From positions 13,443 to 77,442 of the forward strand of contig WQXU01000005.1 of assembly GCA_009781635.1 (NCBI GenBank): a stretch of 64,000 bases of DNA, in the 5' to 3' direction. Positions within the stretch are counted from its first letter, which is position 1; every line of letters begins with the position of its first letter. The notes beneath the pieces were generated by a model. That model did not search any database. It was not told the origin of the DNA and worked only from the letters and a program-made list of their open reading frames with translations. Shown here one piece after another: positions 28,259 to 38,135 of this stretch. The stretch is from Treponema sp. (lineage in GTDB: Bacteria; Spirochaetota; Spirochaetia; Treponematales; Breznakiellaceae). Made by a program: the position numbers and the translations under genes.

Positions 28259-29257
28259 TTACGCTCCCAGGGCGCTTAACGCCCGTCTTGCTTTCTCAAT
28301 CGATGTATCGTCTCCGCCCATGGAAACAATCTTTTTGTAAAAGGCTACCGCCTGATCCTTTCTGCCGACTTTTTCATTGCATTGGCCCATGATAAACATG
28401 GTTTCTTTTAATTCCGGATGTTTCGGAAATTTTGTCAGCATGTTTGTAAAGTATTTAAGGCTCTCTTCATATTTATTAAGGAGGAACATGCACCGGCCTA
28501 TTTCAAATGATGCCTTTGCTGTCCATTCAGGCGTGATGTCTGCATCCACTATCAACTTGAATGACATGAACGCTTCCTGATATTTTCCCTGAGAAACAAG
28601 ACTTACAGCGTCGTAGTATGCTTTGGTTGTTTTATCAGAATCTCCCTTCGAAACCTGTGCCTGCGCAGCGGGAGCTGCAGGAGCATGACTGAAAGAAACG
28701 CCGGGACCCTTGCCGTCTCCGTAGCGCAAAAGGGCGTTCTCTGCAATTTCCAGATTCTTTGTCGCCTGAATAGCGTTTTTCCCGGACGGATAAAATGTCA
28801 GATAACGGTTGAATACATGCTTTGCGTGGGAGAAGCGCTTGTTCTTTAAATAAAATTCCCCTACATTGTAAAGGCCGTCGGCAGGCGGCTGCTCTTCCTT
28901 TGCCATTACCTTGGATACCTGCTTATGAACGCGCCTCATTTGATTGGAAAACACTTTAAGCATCTTCATTATAATTCTTGAATTTGCCATTGCCAAAGCT
29001 TCAAATTCCGGAACTGTAAAAATTAATACAGTTGTGTCAGAAAGCGCAACAGCATTTTCTTCCCTGGCATAACGTCCCAATGCGGATTTAACTCCGAAGA
29101 ACTCTCCCGGCTGTACAGGATCCCTTACATCCGCTCCGGTTTCAATGTCCTGATAAACAAGGCTTATCTTTCCGGTTTGCAGGATGTATATTTTATCCGC
29201 AGGATCTCCCTGAAAGAAAATAAGAGAACCTGAACGGTATTGAGCTGGTTTTGGCAT
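28259..29257 (-). CDS. cNMP-binding domain protein with C-terminal TPR repeats
   Basis: Start set at the ATG at 29257 (TAATG overlap with the upstream stop). The cNMP motif is FFGVKSALGRYAREENAVA. The C-terminal half has TPR-like repeats (YYDAVSLVSQGKYQEAFMSF, FEIGRCMFLLNKYEESLKYF, MGQCNEKVGRKDQAVAFY). Confidence 0.7.
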   Translation of the reverse strand: MPKPAQYRSGSLIFFQGDPADKIYILQTGKISLVYQDIETGADVRDPVQPGEFFGVKSALGRYAREENAVALSDTTVLIFTVPEFEALAMANSRIIMKMLKVFSNQMRRVHKQVSKVMAKEEQPPADGLYNVGEFYLKNKRFSHAKHVFNRYLTFYPSGKNAIQATKNLEIAENALLRYGDGKGPGVSFSHAPAAPAAQAQVSKGDSDKTTKAYYDAVSLVSQGKYQEAFMSFKLIVDADITPEWTAKASFEIGRCMFLLNKYEESLKYFTNMLTKFPKHPELKETMFIMGQCNEKVGRKDQAVAFYKKIVSMGGDDTSIEKARRALSALGA

Positions 29258-30567
29258 TACGCTCCTTCCTCCGGCGGCCGGGAATCCTGCGCCTTGGCGC
29301 ATGAATCAAGAGTATCTGCGCTCTTACCGCCGGTTTCCGGCTCAAAAGGCAGATAGTCAAGCTTCTTTTCAAAACCGACTTTTTTTCTGATCTCTTTATA
29401 CAGACCTGCGGGGTCTCCCCTGACAAACATGTCTTTTTTTCCGACTTTTATTTGCGTATAACCTTTGGGAAGTTTTCCGCCAAAAATGTCAAGAAAACGC
29501 AGCTCGCCGTATATTGGTTTTCCCGCCAATGCCAGAAATTCAATGTCTTTCATGTCTGCATTGACAAGATTTTCGTATGGATTGTCGTCTTTTGCCCTGA
29601 GGACAAGAATATCACCTAACATACCTTCTTCCAGGCTGCCGATTCTGTCCTGCATCCAAAATGCCTTTGCCGCATTTTTTGTAATCATCTGAAATATTAT
29701 TTCTGCGCTGAGTTCTTCGCCGAAAAGCCTGCGGTAAAGCTCTCTGTCGTATTTAATTTCTGCAAGAAGATTTGCAGAACCTGTCGCGGAAGAATCTGTG
29801 CCGATTGTAACATTGATTCCTGCTTTAAGCATTTTGCGAACCTTTGCGGTAACGTTGAACATAAACATATTGGAGAATCCGCACCATGAAATACTGGCTC
29901 CGGCCTTTGCGACTTTCTTTATATCCTCATCGCTGAATGCAATGCAATGAACAAAAAGGCAGTGGCTGTCAAGTTTTTTTATTTTTTCCAGCGCTTCAAG
30001 CCCGTGCATGGCCTCGTTGTCAAAGCCTTCGGAAAGATGAGTGATAAACGGCCATTTGTTTTCTACTGCTCTTTTATGCTCTATTTCTATGCCGTCTCCC
30101 CACTTAAGATCATATGAGGAACTCTCATGCGCAAGGCAGTATTCCTGAATGGCCCTGACAGGCAGAGTAGGCAGTATCTTGCAATTCAATTCATGCGGAA
30201 AATGATCATTTACAGTTGTAACGCCGGAAAAAAGGCACTTATAACCGGAGAGAGCATAAAGATCCTCTCTGCTTAAATTTGAGCGTTCTGCAAATGTTTT
30301 TGACGCTTTTAAATCCTTATCCCAGGGCAGCCATGTAAGGTAGAACTTCCCTTTCTCAGGTCCCACAGGCGGACGGTAATTTCCCTGTAAGTGATCATGG
30401 GTATTTATAAGAGAGGGGTAAACAAAGGATTTTTCCTTCAAATTGATTTTAACACTGCCGTCATTTGCTGAAGAAACAATTTTTTCCCCGTCAATTTTTA
30501 AACTACCAGCATGTGCTTTTTTACCCGGTGAAACAATCACCCCATTTTCCAAGGTGTATTTAAACAC
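29257..30567 (-). CDS. amidohydrolase-superfamily protein (chlorohydrolase / nucleobase deaminase-like)
   Basis: Metal-binding HxH in LINTHDHLQGN, downstream His residues, and the GTDSSATGS Asp motif. 436 aa. Confidence 0.7.
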   Translation of the reverse strand: MFKYTLENGVIVSPGKKAHAGSLKIDGEKIVSSANDGSVKINLKEKSFVYPSLINTHDHLQGNYRPPVGPEKGKFYLTWLPWDKDLKASKTFAERSNLSREDLYALSGYKCLFSGVTTVNDHFPHELNCKILPTLPVRAIQEYCLAHESSSYDLKWGDGIEIEHKRAVENKWPFITHLSEGFDNEAMHGLEALEKIKKLDSHCLFVHCIAFSDEDIKKVAKAGASISWCGFSNMFMFNVTAKVRKMLKAGINVTIGTDSSATGSANLLAEIKYDRELYRRLFGEELSAEIIFQMITKNAAKAFWMQDRIGSLEEGMLGDILVLRAKDDNPYENLVNADMKDIEFLALAGKPIYGELRFLDIFGGKLPKGYTQIKVGKKDMFVRGDPAGLYKEIRKKVGFEKKLDYLPFEPETGGKSADTLDSCAKAQDSRPPEEGA

Positions 30568-30717
30568 TTACAAACCGTCCTTAAAATACAGAAAAACTCT
30601 TTATTAATATATATTTTAATGATGTTTACCCAAAAAATCAACGATTCCGGTAAACTCTTCCTATTATTATCGGTAGATTATGTATAAATCGGTAAATATT
30701 TGATACAATATTGCCGG

Positions 30718-31635
30718 ATGGTCGATTTACACACACACTCAAATGTTTCAGACGGAGAGTTAACGCCTGCCTTGCTTGTAAAGGAGGCGATCAACCTTGG
30801 CCTTCGCGCCATTGCTCTCACCGATCATGATACCATAGAAGGGCTTGAAAGCGCAAAAACCGCTGTAAGTCAGTATTCAGGCGCATGCAAGACATCGTTT
30901 CGTTTTATCCCCGGAATTGAAGTAAATATTAATTGGGCAGGGCCGGTACACAGGCTTGGTCCCGGCGGCGAATTTCACCTTATCGGTCTTGGAATAAATT
31001 CGCCAAGCCCGGCATTTATCACCGCTGTTGAAGGGCTCTCGCGCCGGAGAGCAGCAAGGAACCGCGAAATTCTTGAAAGGATGCATGAATTAAACCTGAC
31101 CAGTTCAAATGACAAGGCAGGTATGGATGCAACCTGGAAGGAGCTTAATGCAATCGCCGGAGCCTCAGGCGTAAATTACTCGCTCGGACGCCCCCATTTT
31201 GCGGCTCTTCTTATAAAACGAAAGATAGTTAACAACGTGAATCAGGCCTTTGCCCGCTATCTGGGTGTAGGCAAGCCCTTATATGTTCCAAAAGACGGAT
31301 TATTATTTGAAGAGGCAGTTGCTCTGATACGCGAATCCGGCGGCATACCTGTTCTGGCGCATCCCATCTCGCTTTATGTTTCATGGGGGCGTCTGCCGGA
31401 CTTCATAAAAACATTGAAAGAAATGGGGCTTATGGGTCTTGAAGCATGGCACCCTACAGCCAAGTGCGGCTCCTGTCAACGGCTGGAAACGCTTGCTCAT
31501 AATCTTGGCCTCTATGTCACCGAAGGCAGCGATTTTCACGGCTCTTTCCGGCCCGAACGCAAGCTGGGTTATTCAAGCAAGGGAAGGATGATAGATGATT
31601 CTGTCCTGGAAGCAATACCCGAACTTTGCCATTAA
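30718..31635 (+). CDS. PHP-domain phosphoesterase (TrpH/YciV-like)
   Basis: The ATG at 30718 gives MVDLHTHSNVSDG. LTDHDT, AHP and GSDFHG motifs are present. Confidence 0.8.
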   Translation: MVDLHTHSNVSDGELTPALLVKEAINLGLRAIALTDHDTIEGLESAKTAVSQYSGACKTSFRFIPGIEVNINWAGPVHRLGPGGEFHLIGLGINSPSPAFITAVEGLSRRRAARNREILERMHELNLTSSNDKAGMDATWKELNAIAGASGVNYSLGRPHFAALLIKRKIVNNVNQAFARYLGVGKPLYVPKDGLLFEEAVALIRESGGIPVLAHPISLYVSWGRLPDFIKTLKEMGLMGLEAWHPTAKCGSCQRLETLAHNLGLYVTEGSDFHGSFRPERKLGYSSKGRMIDDSVLEAIPELCH

Positions 31636-31648
31636 AACAGGGAACTTG

Positions 31649-31957
31649 CTACAAACATGTTTTAATCCATTCCGGGTGTTTCCTGGCCTTGTCCAGCAAG
31701 CGGGCCATTATGCCTGTGTAGCCGCTTCCAAGTGATTTCCACCAGTTAATTGTGGATTTTTGCAGCCGCAGGGAAAACATCTGCTTTTGCTGTTTTCGTC
31801 TTTCCATTGCACGCTGTATCATTATTTCTATTTCTTCCGGAGTGTTTTCCGGAATGTCGCTGTAGTCTATTGGTCTGTCTTTTAGCGCGACAAGGCGTGC
31901 AAGAGATTCTTCTGAAGGCTTATAGTCTTCATTTTGCGTTAAACGTACTGTACCCAT
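31649..31957 (-). CDS. brnA: BrnA-family antitoxin
   Basis: 102 aa with the DYSDIPE..TPEE motif and a C-terminal RHH-like segment (FSLRLQKSTINWWKSLG.GYTGIMARLL). It overlaps the upstream brnT by 29 nt. Confidence 0.75.
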   Translation of the reverse strand: MGTVRLTQNEDYKPSEESLARLVALKDRPIDYSDIPENTPEEIEIMIQRAMERRKQQKQMFSLRLQKSTINWWKSLGSGYTGIMARLLDKARKHPEWIKTCL

Positions 31958-32225
31958 TTAAATACCTCTTTTCTTCATTTTTATCTGCTTTACGGGCAGA
32001 AATAATACGTATGGCGCCGTACCTTTCCGTAAAACATACTTTTAGTATGGCTGCGCTGCTTAGCCCAACCACCATCCATCTTTCTTCAAAATAACTATGC
32101 GCTTGGTCAAGCATTTCATAACGATTGGGATCGTGGAAAACTGCTGCTGCTTCTATAAATGAAACGCCATGTTTTTTTATATTGGCAGTATTTTTTCTGT
32201 TATTCCATTCAAACCGTTTCTCCAT
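31929..32225 (-). CDS. brnT: BrnT-family (DUF497) ribonuclease toxin
   Basis: FEWNNRKNTANIKKHGVSFIEAAAVFHDP...RIISARKADKNEEKRY matches DUF497. The toxin-first gene order is typical of BrnTA. Confidence 0.75.
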   Translation of the reverse strand: MEKRFEWNNRKNTANIKKHGVSFIEAAAVFHDPNRYEMLDQAHSYFEERWMVVGLSSAAILKVCFTERYGAIRIISARKADKNEEKRYLNGYSTFNAK

Positions 32226-32250
32226 AAATTATACCTCTCCTGATTATTTT

Positions 32251-32280
32251 TGTCAATACAAATGTATTGACATATTGTCA
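32251..32280 (-). promoter_or_regulatory. palindromic operator-like site overlapping promoter elements upstream of brnT
   Basis: A perfect 10-bp inverted repeat tgtcaataca-aa-tgtattgaca is followed by the overlapping tgaca-tat-tgtca. On the minus strand, TTGACA-N17-TATAAT ends 2 nt before the brnT ATG. GGAGAGG lies within the spacer. Confidence 0.5.
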
Positions 32281-32292
32281 TTACATAAAAAT

Positions 32293-33855
32293 TTATATTG
32301 ATAAAATATCCCAGGGATCATCCCCTAGCCGGCGGTGCTGGACCGCTTCTAAAATGTGCTCAGTTTCAATTACTTCCTTGCCTTCCAAATCTGCAATGGT
32401 TCTGCCCACCCTTAAAATCCCGTGATAGGCCCTGCCGGAAAGACCCAGCTTGTCAATTGCGGTGTGGAATGCCTTCTCGCACTTTTCGCTCATTGGGCAA
32501 AATGCGGCAGTTTTGCCTGCCGGAAGAAGGGCATTGCGGCGAATTTCTGTTCCTTTAAAACGATTTCGCTGGATTTCTACCGCCAATTTGACCCGTAAAG
32601 CAATTACAGCGCTTGTTTCCTCAGTATTTTTATGATTCTGGCTGCCCATCTCATCAATTTTGGGCGGATGAACAGCGGCTCTTATCTCTACCCGGTCAAG
32701 CAGGGCGCCGCCGAATTTGCGCCAGTAACGGCTGATTTCATCATTGGAGCAAAGGCATGAACTGCCGGTGTCCCGGATTCCCAAACGCCCGCAGCGGCAG
32801 GAATTTGCGGTTAATAAAAGCTGGAATTCAGCCGGGAGCAGCACAGGTCCGTCTGCTCTGACTATACTTATCACTCTGTCTTCCAGAGGTTCGCGTAATG
32901 CCTGCAGCACATTGATCCTGAATTCCGGAGCCTCATCCAGAAAAAGTACGCCAAAATGCGCAAGGCTGATTTCCCCCGGGCGGGGTATTCGCCCGCCTCC
33001 AAGTATTCCCTCGGCGCTTGCAGTATGATGCGGGGCACGCAAGGGAGGACTTGTGATAAGGCTTTCAATAAAGCCGCCGCTGCGAGGTCCGGCAAGGCTG
33101 TGCAGGCGCGTTACTTCAACAGCTTCGTCGGGAGTTAGAGCCGTCATTACCGAAGGTATCCGCCGTGCAAGCATTGTCTTTCCGGCGCCCGGCGGCCCAA
33201 AAACAAGCACATTGTGTCCTCCTGCTGCGGCGACTTCCAGCGCGCGTTTGTAAATTGCCTGTCCTTTTACATCTGCAAAATCTCCGTAATCCGCCGGCTT
33301 TTGAGATAAAAACGCAGGTTCAGCCGATACCGGAAGAAGGCCTTTTTCCTCTCTGATAAAAAGAGCGTGTACAGCATTTGCAAGGTTTTCCGCTGCAATA
33401 AACCGGGCGCCTTTTTCTGCTAATATCGCAGCTTCTTTCGCATTCTCTGCCGGAACGATAAACTCGGTTATTCCTTCATTAAGCCCTGCTGCGATTGCGG
33501 CAAGCGCACCCCGTACCGGGCGAACTTTTCCGGAAAGCTCAAGCTCGCCCATTACAAGCAAGTTTCCCGAAACCGGCGCAAGCCCTGCCGCTGCCATTAC
33601 AGAAAGCGCAATCGGCAAATCAAGCGCGGCTCCGTCTTTTTTAAGTCCTGCCGGCGCAAGATTTATCAGAATTCTGTCCATAGGAAAATTGAATCCCGAA
33701 TTTCTGAATGCCGCCCGTACTCTGTCCCGCGCTTCCCTGACAGCTCCTTCCGCAAGCCCTGAAATATCAATTCCAGGGATTCCCCTGCGTATATCCGACT
33801 CAACCCGGATAATGATCCCGCCGGCTCCATACGGCATGTAGGTAAATACGCTCAT
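32293..33855 (-). CDS. yifB: YifB/ComM-family Mg-chelatase-like AAA+ ATPase
   Basis: An N-terminal Lon-protease-like domain, Walker A GPPGAGKT, Walker B LFLDEAPEF, and a C-terminal Mg-chelatase subunit-like domain (SGRAYHGILRVGRTIADLEG). Confidence 0.9.
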   Translation of the reverse strand: MSVFTYMPYGAGGIIIRVESDIRRGIPGIDISGLAEGAVREARDRVRAAFRNSGFNFPMDRILINLAPAGLKKDGAALDLPIALSVMAAAGLAPVSGNLLVMGELELSGKVRPVRGALAAIAAGLNEGITEFIVPAENAKEAAILAEKGARFIAAENLANAVHALFIREEKGLLPVSAEPAFLSQKPADYGDFADVKGQAIYKRALEVAAAGGHNVLVFGPPGAGKTMLARRIPSVMTALTPDEAVEVTRLHSLAGPRSGGFIESLITSPPLRAPHHTASAEGILGGGRIPRPGEISLAHFGVLFLDEAPEFRINVLQALREPLEDRVISIVRADGPVLLPAEFQLLLTANSCRCGRLGIRDTGSSCLCSNDEISRYWRKFGGALLDRVEIRAAVHPPKIDEMGSQNHKNTEETSAVIALRVKLAVEIQRNRFKGTEIRRNALLPAGKTAAFCPMSEKCEKAFHTAIDKLGLSGRAYHGILRVGRTIADLEGKEVIETEHILEAVQHRRLGDDPWDILSI

Positions 33856-33990
33856 AACCTGCCTCTGTTAATATTTGTGTGCTGGTTTCATTTGCAAAAA
33901 CCATACCTATATATGGCGCGGGCGTGCATGGCGCTTTAGTGAAATGGGAAAAAAATGAATTAAACGGTTTAAATTATTTTAAATATGGAA

Positions 33991-34668
33991 TTATCTTCTG
34001 TTGTTATTCCATATTTCTTTTGCTTCTCGTGCTCTTTTTGTAATTTCACTCCAGCTTTGGGAGTTAATTAAATCCTTACTTGCTATCCAGCTTCCGCCTA
34101 TTGCAAGCACCGGACTGAATTGCGCGTAACTTGCGAGGTTGTCAATGGTGAGGCCCCCCAGCGGAATATATTTTATTCCCAGATGATTGTACGGGGCATT
34201 TATGCTTTTTAAATAATTTAACCCTCCCATGCCTTCTGCCGGAAAAAATTTTACCACGCGGCAGCCAAGGGAAATTGCTTTTTCAATTTCGCTGGGAGTT
34301 GCTATTCCGGGAGCAAATGGCAGATCCTCTGCAATTGCTTCTTTTACAATTTCCGGATTGATGCCGGGTGATACGCCGAAGCGTACTGCTCCGTTTAAAG
34401 CTGCGCTTTCTTTTTTAATCATTGCTGCCTGTCCCGGTTCAATAATTGTTCCAATTCCTATATACATTTGCGGAACTTCTCTTGCAATTAACGAAATGGA
34501 TGGAAATGCCGCTTTGGTACGCAATGCAAGTTCTATTACAGTAATGCCTCCCTCAAGAAGAGCTCTTGCAAGCGGAACGGCGTTCTGCTCTGATTCAATT
34601 TCCAGAACGGCAATTATTCCTTCCTTTGCGATTTTTTCCTGTATTTCCGGCGGCATAGTCAGTTTCAT
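33991..34668 (-). CDS. eda: KDPG/KHG aldolase
   Basis: The ATG at 34668 is preceded by GGAG. The motifs GGITVIELALRT, GIGTI, FGVSPG and VVKFFPAE are typical of Eda. Confidence 0.8.
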   Translation of the reverse strand: MKLTMPPEIQEKIAKEGIIAVLEIESEQNAVPLARALLEGGITVIELALRTKAAFPSISLIAREVPQMYIGIGTIIEPGQAAMIKKESAALNGAVRFGVSPGINPEIVKEAIAEDLPFAPGIATPSEIEKAISLGCRVVKFFPAEGMGGLNYLKSINAPYNHLGIKYIPLGGLTIDNLASYAQFSPVLAIGGSWIASKDLINSQSWSEITKRAREAKEIWNNNRR

Positions 34669-34751
34669 ACGATCTCCTTGCGTTAAAGTTAGAGGCTTTA
34701 AAAAATACCAGCTTAACATTCTTTATTATATATGATACTTTAATAAAATCC

Positions 34752-35903
34752 ATGTGGCGGGTACAGCTTCATAAAATAAACTATGATGAAAGAGAATATC
34801 AGGCAGTTAAAGAGGTGCTCGATTCCGGCTGGCTGACAATCAGCGAAAGAACTCATTCCTTTGAAGAAGCTTTTTCAAATTTTCTCGGACACGATTCAAA
34901 ATGCCTTGCCGTTTCAAGCGCAACTGCAGCCCTTCATATGGCGCTTCTGGCCTGCCTGCCTGACGCCGGCAAAAATGATGAAATTATAACGCCTGCGCTT
35001 ACATTTATTGCAGATCAAAATGTCAGCCGGATAGCCGGCATTAAAAATGTGCTTGCAGATATAAGTTCCGTAAAAGATGACTGGTCTGTTGATTCCGGTG
35101 ATATTGAAGCGCGCATTACTCCGAATACAAAAGCAGTAATGATAGTTCATTATGCCGGATTTGCATGTGACATGGCTCGGATCACTGCTCTTTGCAGAAA
35201 ACACGGTTTAATTCTGATAGAAGACTGCGCCCATACCCCGGGAGCAGATTACCTCGCTGAAGACGGAAGCAGGCAGTCCCTTGGCACATTCGGCGATGCT
35301 GCCGCTTTTAGTTTTTTTGCAAATAAAAACATTGCAGCAGGCGAAGGGGGCATGGTTGTTACGCGCAACCCGGAACTGTTTGCAAAACTAAAAGGCCTGC
35401 GCTCCCACGGAATGTCTGTCCCTTCATTCGACAGGTACAAGGGCAGGGCAGTATCCTATGATGTTGAGGCGCCGGGTTTAAATTACCGCATTAACGAAAT
35501 CAGTTCCGCTCTTGGCCTTGTTCAGCTTGAAAAACTTCAGGAAGCCAATGAAAAGCGCAAAAAACTTGTTGAGCATTACTATAACAGGCTGGATGATGTT
35601 CCGTTTGTATCAATTCCTTACAGGCGTTTTTCGCGCGGAAAACCAAATTACCATATAATGCCTATACTGCTTTCGGAAAAGACGGACAGGGCAAAAGTAA
35701 TCGAGTCAATGAAACAGGATGGAGTGCAAACCAGCATTCATTATCCGGCCATTAACCGTTTCAGCGCATATAAAGAAATAGTAAATTCTGCGCCCAAAGC
35801 CGAATATGTAAGCGCACATGAATTGACTCTGCCCCTGTATCCGGAAATGACAATAGAAGAAGTTGATATAGTTTGTGATGCGCTTATAAAATGCAGGTAT
35901 TGA
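34752..35903 (+). CDS. DegT/DnrJ/EryC1/StrS-family PLP aminotransferase
   Basis: FSFFANKNIAAGEGGMV contains the PLP-Lys motif. Overall similarity to sugar aminotransferases. Confidence 0.8.
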   Translation: MWRVQLHKINYDEREYQAVKEVLDSGWLTISERTHSFEEAFSNFLGHDSKCLAVSSATAALHMALLACLPDAGKNDEIITPALTFIADQNVSRIAGIKNVLADISSVKDDWSVDSGDIEARITPNTKAVMIVHYAGFACDMARITALCRKHGLILIEDCAHTPGADYLAEDGSRQSLGTFGDAAAFSFFANKNIAAGEGGMVVTRNPELFAKLKGLRSHGMSVPSFDRYKGRAVSYDVEAPGLNYRINEISSALGLVQLEKLQEANEKRKKLVEHYYNRLDDVPFVSIPYRRFSRGKPNYHIMPILLSEKTDRAKVIESMKQDGVQTSIHYPAINRFSAYKEIVNSAPKAEYVSAHELTLPLYPEMTIEEVDIVCDALIKCRY

Positions 35904-35934
35904 AAAACTCAAATGATAAATATATAATGCTCAT

Positions 35935-36693
35935 ATGGAAAATTCTGGCAGTAAATTGATTGTTTCTATAAAAGAATTATGGAAAATTTACCCAATGGGG
36001 AATTTCGAGGTGCAGGCCTTAAAGGGTATCGACCTTAATATAATAGAAGGTGAATTTATATCTGTCGCCGGTCCTTCCGGTTCCGGCAAAACTACATTAA
36101 TGAATATTATCGGCTTGATTGACAGCTTTAACAGCGGCAGCCTTACAATTGACGGTCTTGCTATTAAAGATCAGAACCGTGAGGAACTAGCAAGGCTGCG
36201 GCGGGATATGCTAGGTTATGTGTTTCAGTCCTTTAACCTGCTTCCTGTGCTGAATGTATTTGAAAATGTCGAACTGCCGCTTATTATTTCCGGAAAGGGC
36301 GGCTCTAAATCCGAAAGGCGGGACAGGGTAGAATATCTGCTTAAAGAGGTCGGGCTGGAAGACAGGCATACCCATGTTCCGGCGGAACTCTCCGGCGGTC
36401 AGCAGCAGCGTGTAGCGATAGCGCGCGCCCTTGTGACAAGCCCAAGAATCGTAATCGCCGATGAGCCGACCGCAAACCTCGATTCTGAAACCGGAGAAAT
36501 GGTTTTAAGTTTAATGAAAGAAATCAATCATAATGAAAAAACAACTTTTATATTTTCTACCCATGATCCTGAAATATGGAAGATGGCAGACCATATTGTT
36601 TTCCTTCATGACGGTCTTGTTAAATCTGAAACAACAACCGAATCCAATCGCAAGAAAAAAAAATCAGGCGATAATTCCGCGCAGGGGCAATAA
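35935..36693 (+). CDS. ABC transporter ATP-binding protein, LolD/MacB type
   Basis: Walker A GPSGSGKTT, signature LSGGQQQRVAIARAL, Walker B VIADEPTANLD. Confidence 0.9.
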   Translation: MENSGSKLIVSIKELWKIYPMGNFEVQALKGIDLNIIEGEFISVAGPSGSGKTTLMNIIGLIDSFNSGSLTIDGLAIKDQNREELARLRRDMLGYVFQSFNLLPVLNVFENVELPLIISGKGGSKSERRDRVEYLLKEVGLEDRHTHVPAELSGGQQQRVAIARALVTSPRIVIADEPTANLDSETGEMVLSLMKEINHNEKTTFIFSTHDPEIWKMADHIVFLHDGLVKSETTTESNRKKKKSGDNSAQGQ

Positions 36694-38135
36694 TGACTTT
36701 TTTTCTGGCTCTTCGCAATATTGAAAGAAACAAAATGAACTCAATTATTGTCGCTTTGCTGATCGCTATAATCAGTTTTATATTTTTTATCGGAAACAGT
36801 ATTATCGAACGATCCAACATGGGTTTAAATCAGGCCTTTGTCGAAAGCCTCACAGGCGATGTAATGATTCAAAAAAGAGGCGACATTACAATGAATCTTT
36901 TCGGCGCGAATACTCCGATAATCGACGATTTTTTTGTTCTTCCTGTTTTTCCCGCCTATGACGCTGTAATGGAAATAGTCCGCGCCGAGGAAGGAGTTGC
37001 AGGAATTACAAGCCAGGTTTCAGGAAAAGCCTACCTTGATGTACTTGGTGTCCGCTCTCCAGTTCTGCTTTGCGGAGTGGACGCTAAATCATATTTTTCA
37101 ATGTTTCCCGGCATCATCCTTGAGCAGGGAAGGTTTTTACAGGAAGGTGAGTTCGGCGCAATGATTACGCTGGATCGCGCGCAGAGAATTCAAAGGCAGA
37201 GCGGCCAGTATCCGGAAATCGGAGAATCGCTTCTTTTTACATCCGGCGGGACCTTCGGGTTCAAGATAAGGGAAGTTCCAGTTGTAGGAATTTTCAGTTA
37301 TCAGAATCCAGGCCTTTTTATGAATGAAATTGTAATTGCAGACCCGCAGACTGTCCGGGTGCTTAATTCGATTCAGGTTGCATCATCATCGGAAATTGAA
37401 GTAGCAGATGACAGGCTGCTTACAACAGCTGACATAGATGATATTTTTAATATGGATATTTCCGGTTATCAGCCGGCGTCTGAAGGATTCTCTGTTGATT
37501 TCCTTCAAAGCTGGTTAGCTGAAAACAGAACGGAAAATAATGCCGGCGTAACAGGCGGCGACTGGAATTTTATTATTATCAATCTGGATAATAAAAATAA
37601 TACAGGCTCTTTTATTGATTCGCTAAACAGAAGAATTGAACCATTTGGCGTAATTGCAGTTGACTGGCGGACATCTGTCGGCGTTTCTGCAATTTTGCTT
37701 TTACTGATACAGGTTTTATTTAATGCCGGCATGTTCCTTGTATGCATTGCAGGCGTAATCACGGTAATTAATATTCTTTTAATTTCTGTTTTTCGCAGGA
37801 CGCGCGAAATCGGCACATTGCGGGCCATAGGAGCTTCCGATTTATACATCAGTTCGCTTGTCCTTTATGAAAATCTTATTTTGTCGGTACTTGCGGGAAC
37901 CAGCGGAATATTTGCGGGCTTTTTATTTATGGAATGGGTAAACTCCCTTGCCTTCAGAATTCCAAATGAGTTAATCGCATCGCTTCTGGGAGGCCCTGTA
38001 TTGACTCTTGCGTTTATCCCGCAAGTAGCTCTTTTCTCTTTCTTTTTGGCTGTTGCACTTGGAGTTGTTGTTTCATTCTATCCGATACACATTACTCTCC
38101 GGATAGAGCCTATTGAGGCAGTAAGGCAGGGATAA
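36693..38135 (+). CDS. FtsX/MacB-type ABC permease with large periplasmic domain
   Basis: An N-terminal transmembrane helix, a ~300-aa extracytoplasmic domain, then three C-terminal transmembrane helices with the FRRTREIGTLRAIGAS FtsX-domain motif. Confidence 0.8.
   Translation: MTFFLALRNIERNKMNSIIVALLIAIISFIFFIGNSIIERSNMGLNQAFVESLTGDVMIQKRGDITMNLFGANTPIIDDFFVLPVFPAYDAVMEIVRAEEGVAGITSQVSGKAYLDVLGVRSPVLLCGVDAKSYFSMFPGIILEQGRFLQEGEFGAMITLDRAQRIQRQSGQYPEIGESLLFTSGGTFGFKIREVPVVGIFSYQNPGLFMNEIVIADPQTVRVLNSIQVASSSEIEVADDRLLTTADIDDIFNMDISGYQPASEGFSVDFLQSWLAENRTENNAGVTGGDWNFIIINLDNKNNTGSFIDSLNRRIEPFGVIAVDWRTSVGVSAILLLLIQVLFNAGMFLVCIAGVITVINILLISVFRRTREIGTLRAIGASDLYISSLVLYENLILSVLAGTSGIFAGFLFMEWVNSLAFRIPNELIASLLGGPVLTLAFIPQVALFSFFLAVALGVVVSFYPIHITLRIEPIEAVRQG

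Noticed and set aside
34229-34735. 168-aa plus-strand ORF
   Set aside because: It is fully antisense to the eda gene, which has clear aldolase motifs. The translation is low-complexity with no motif.
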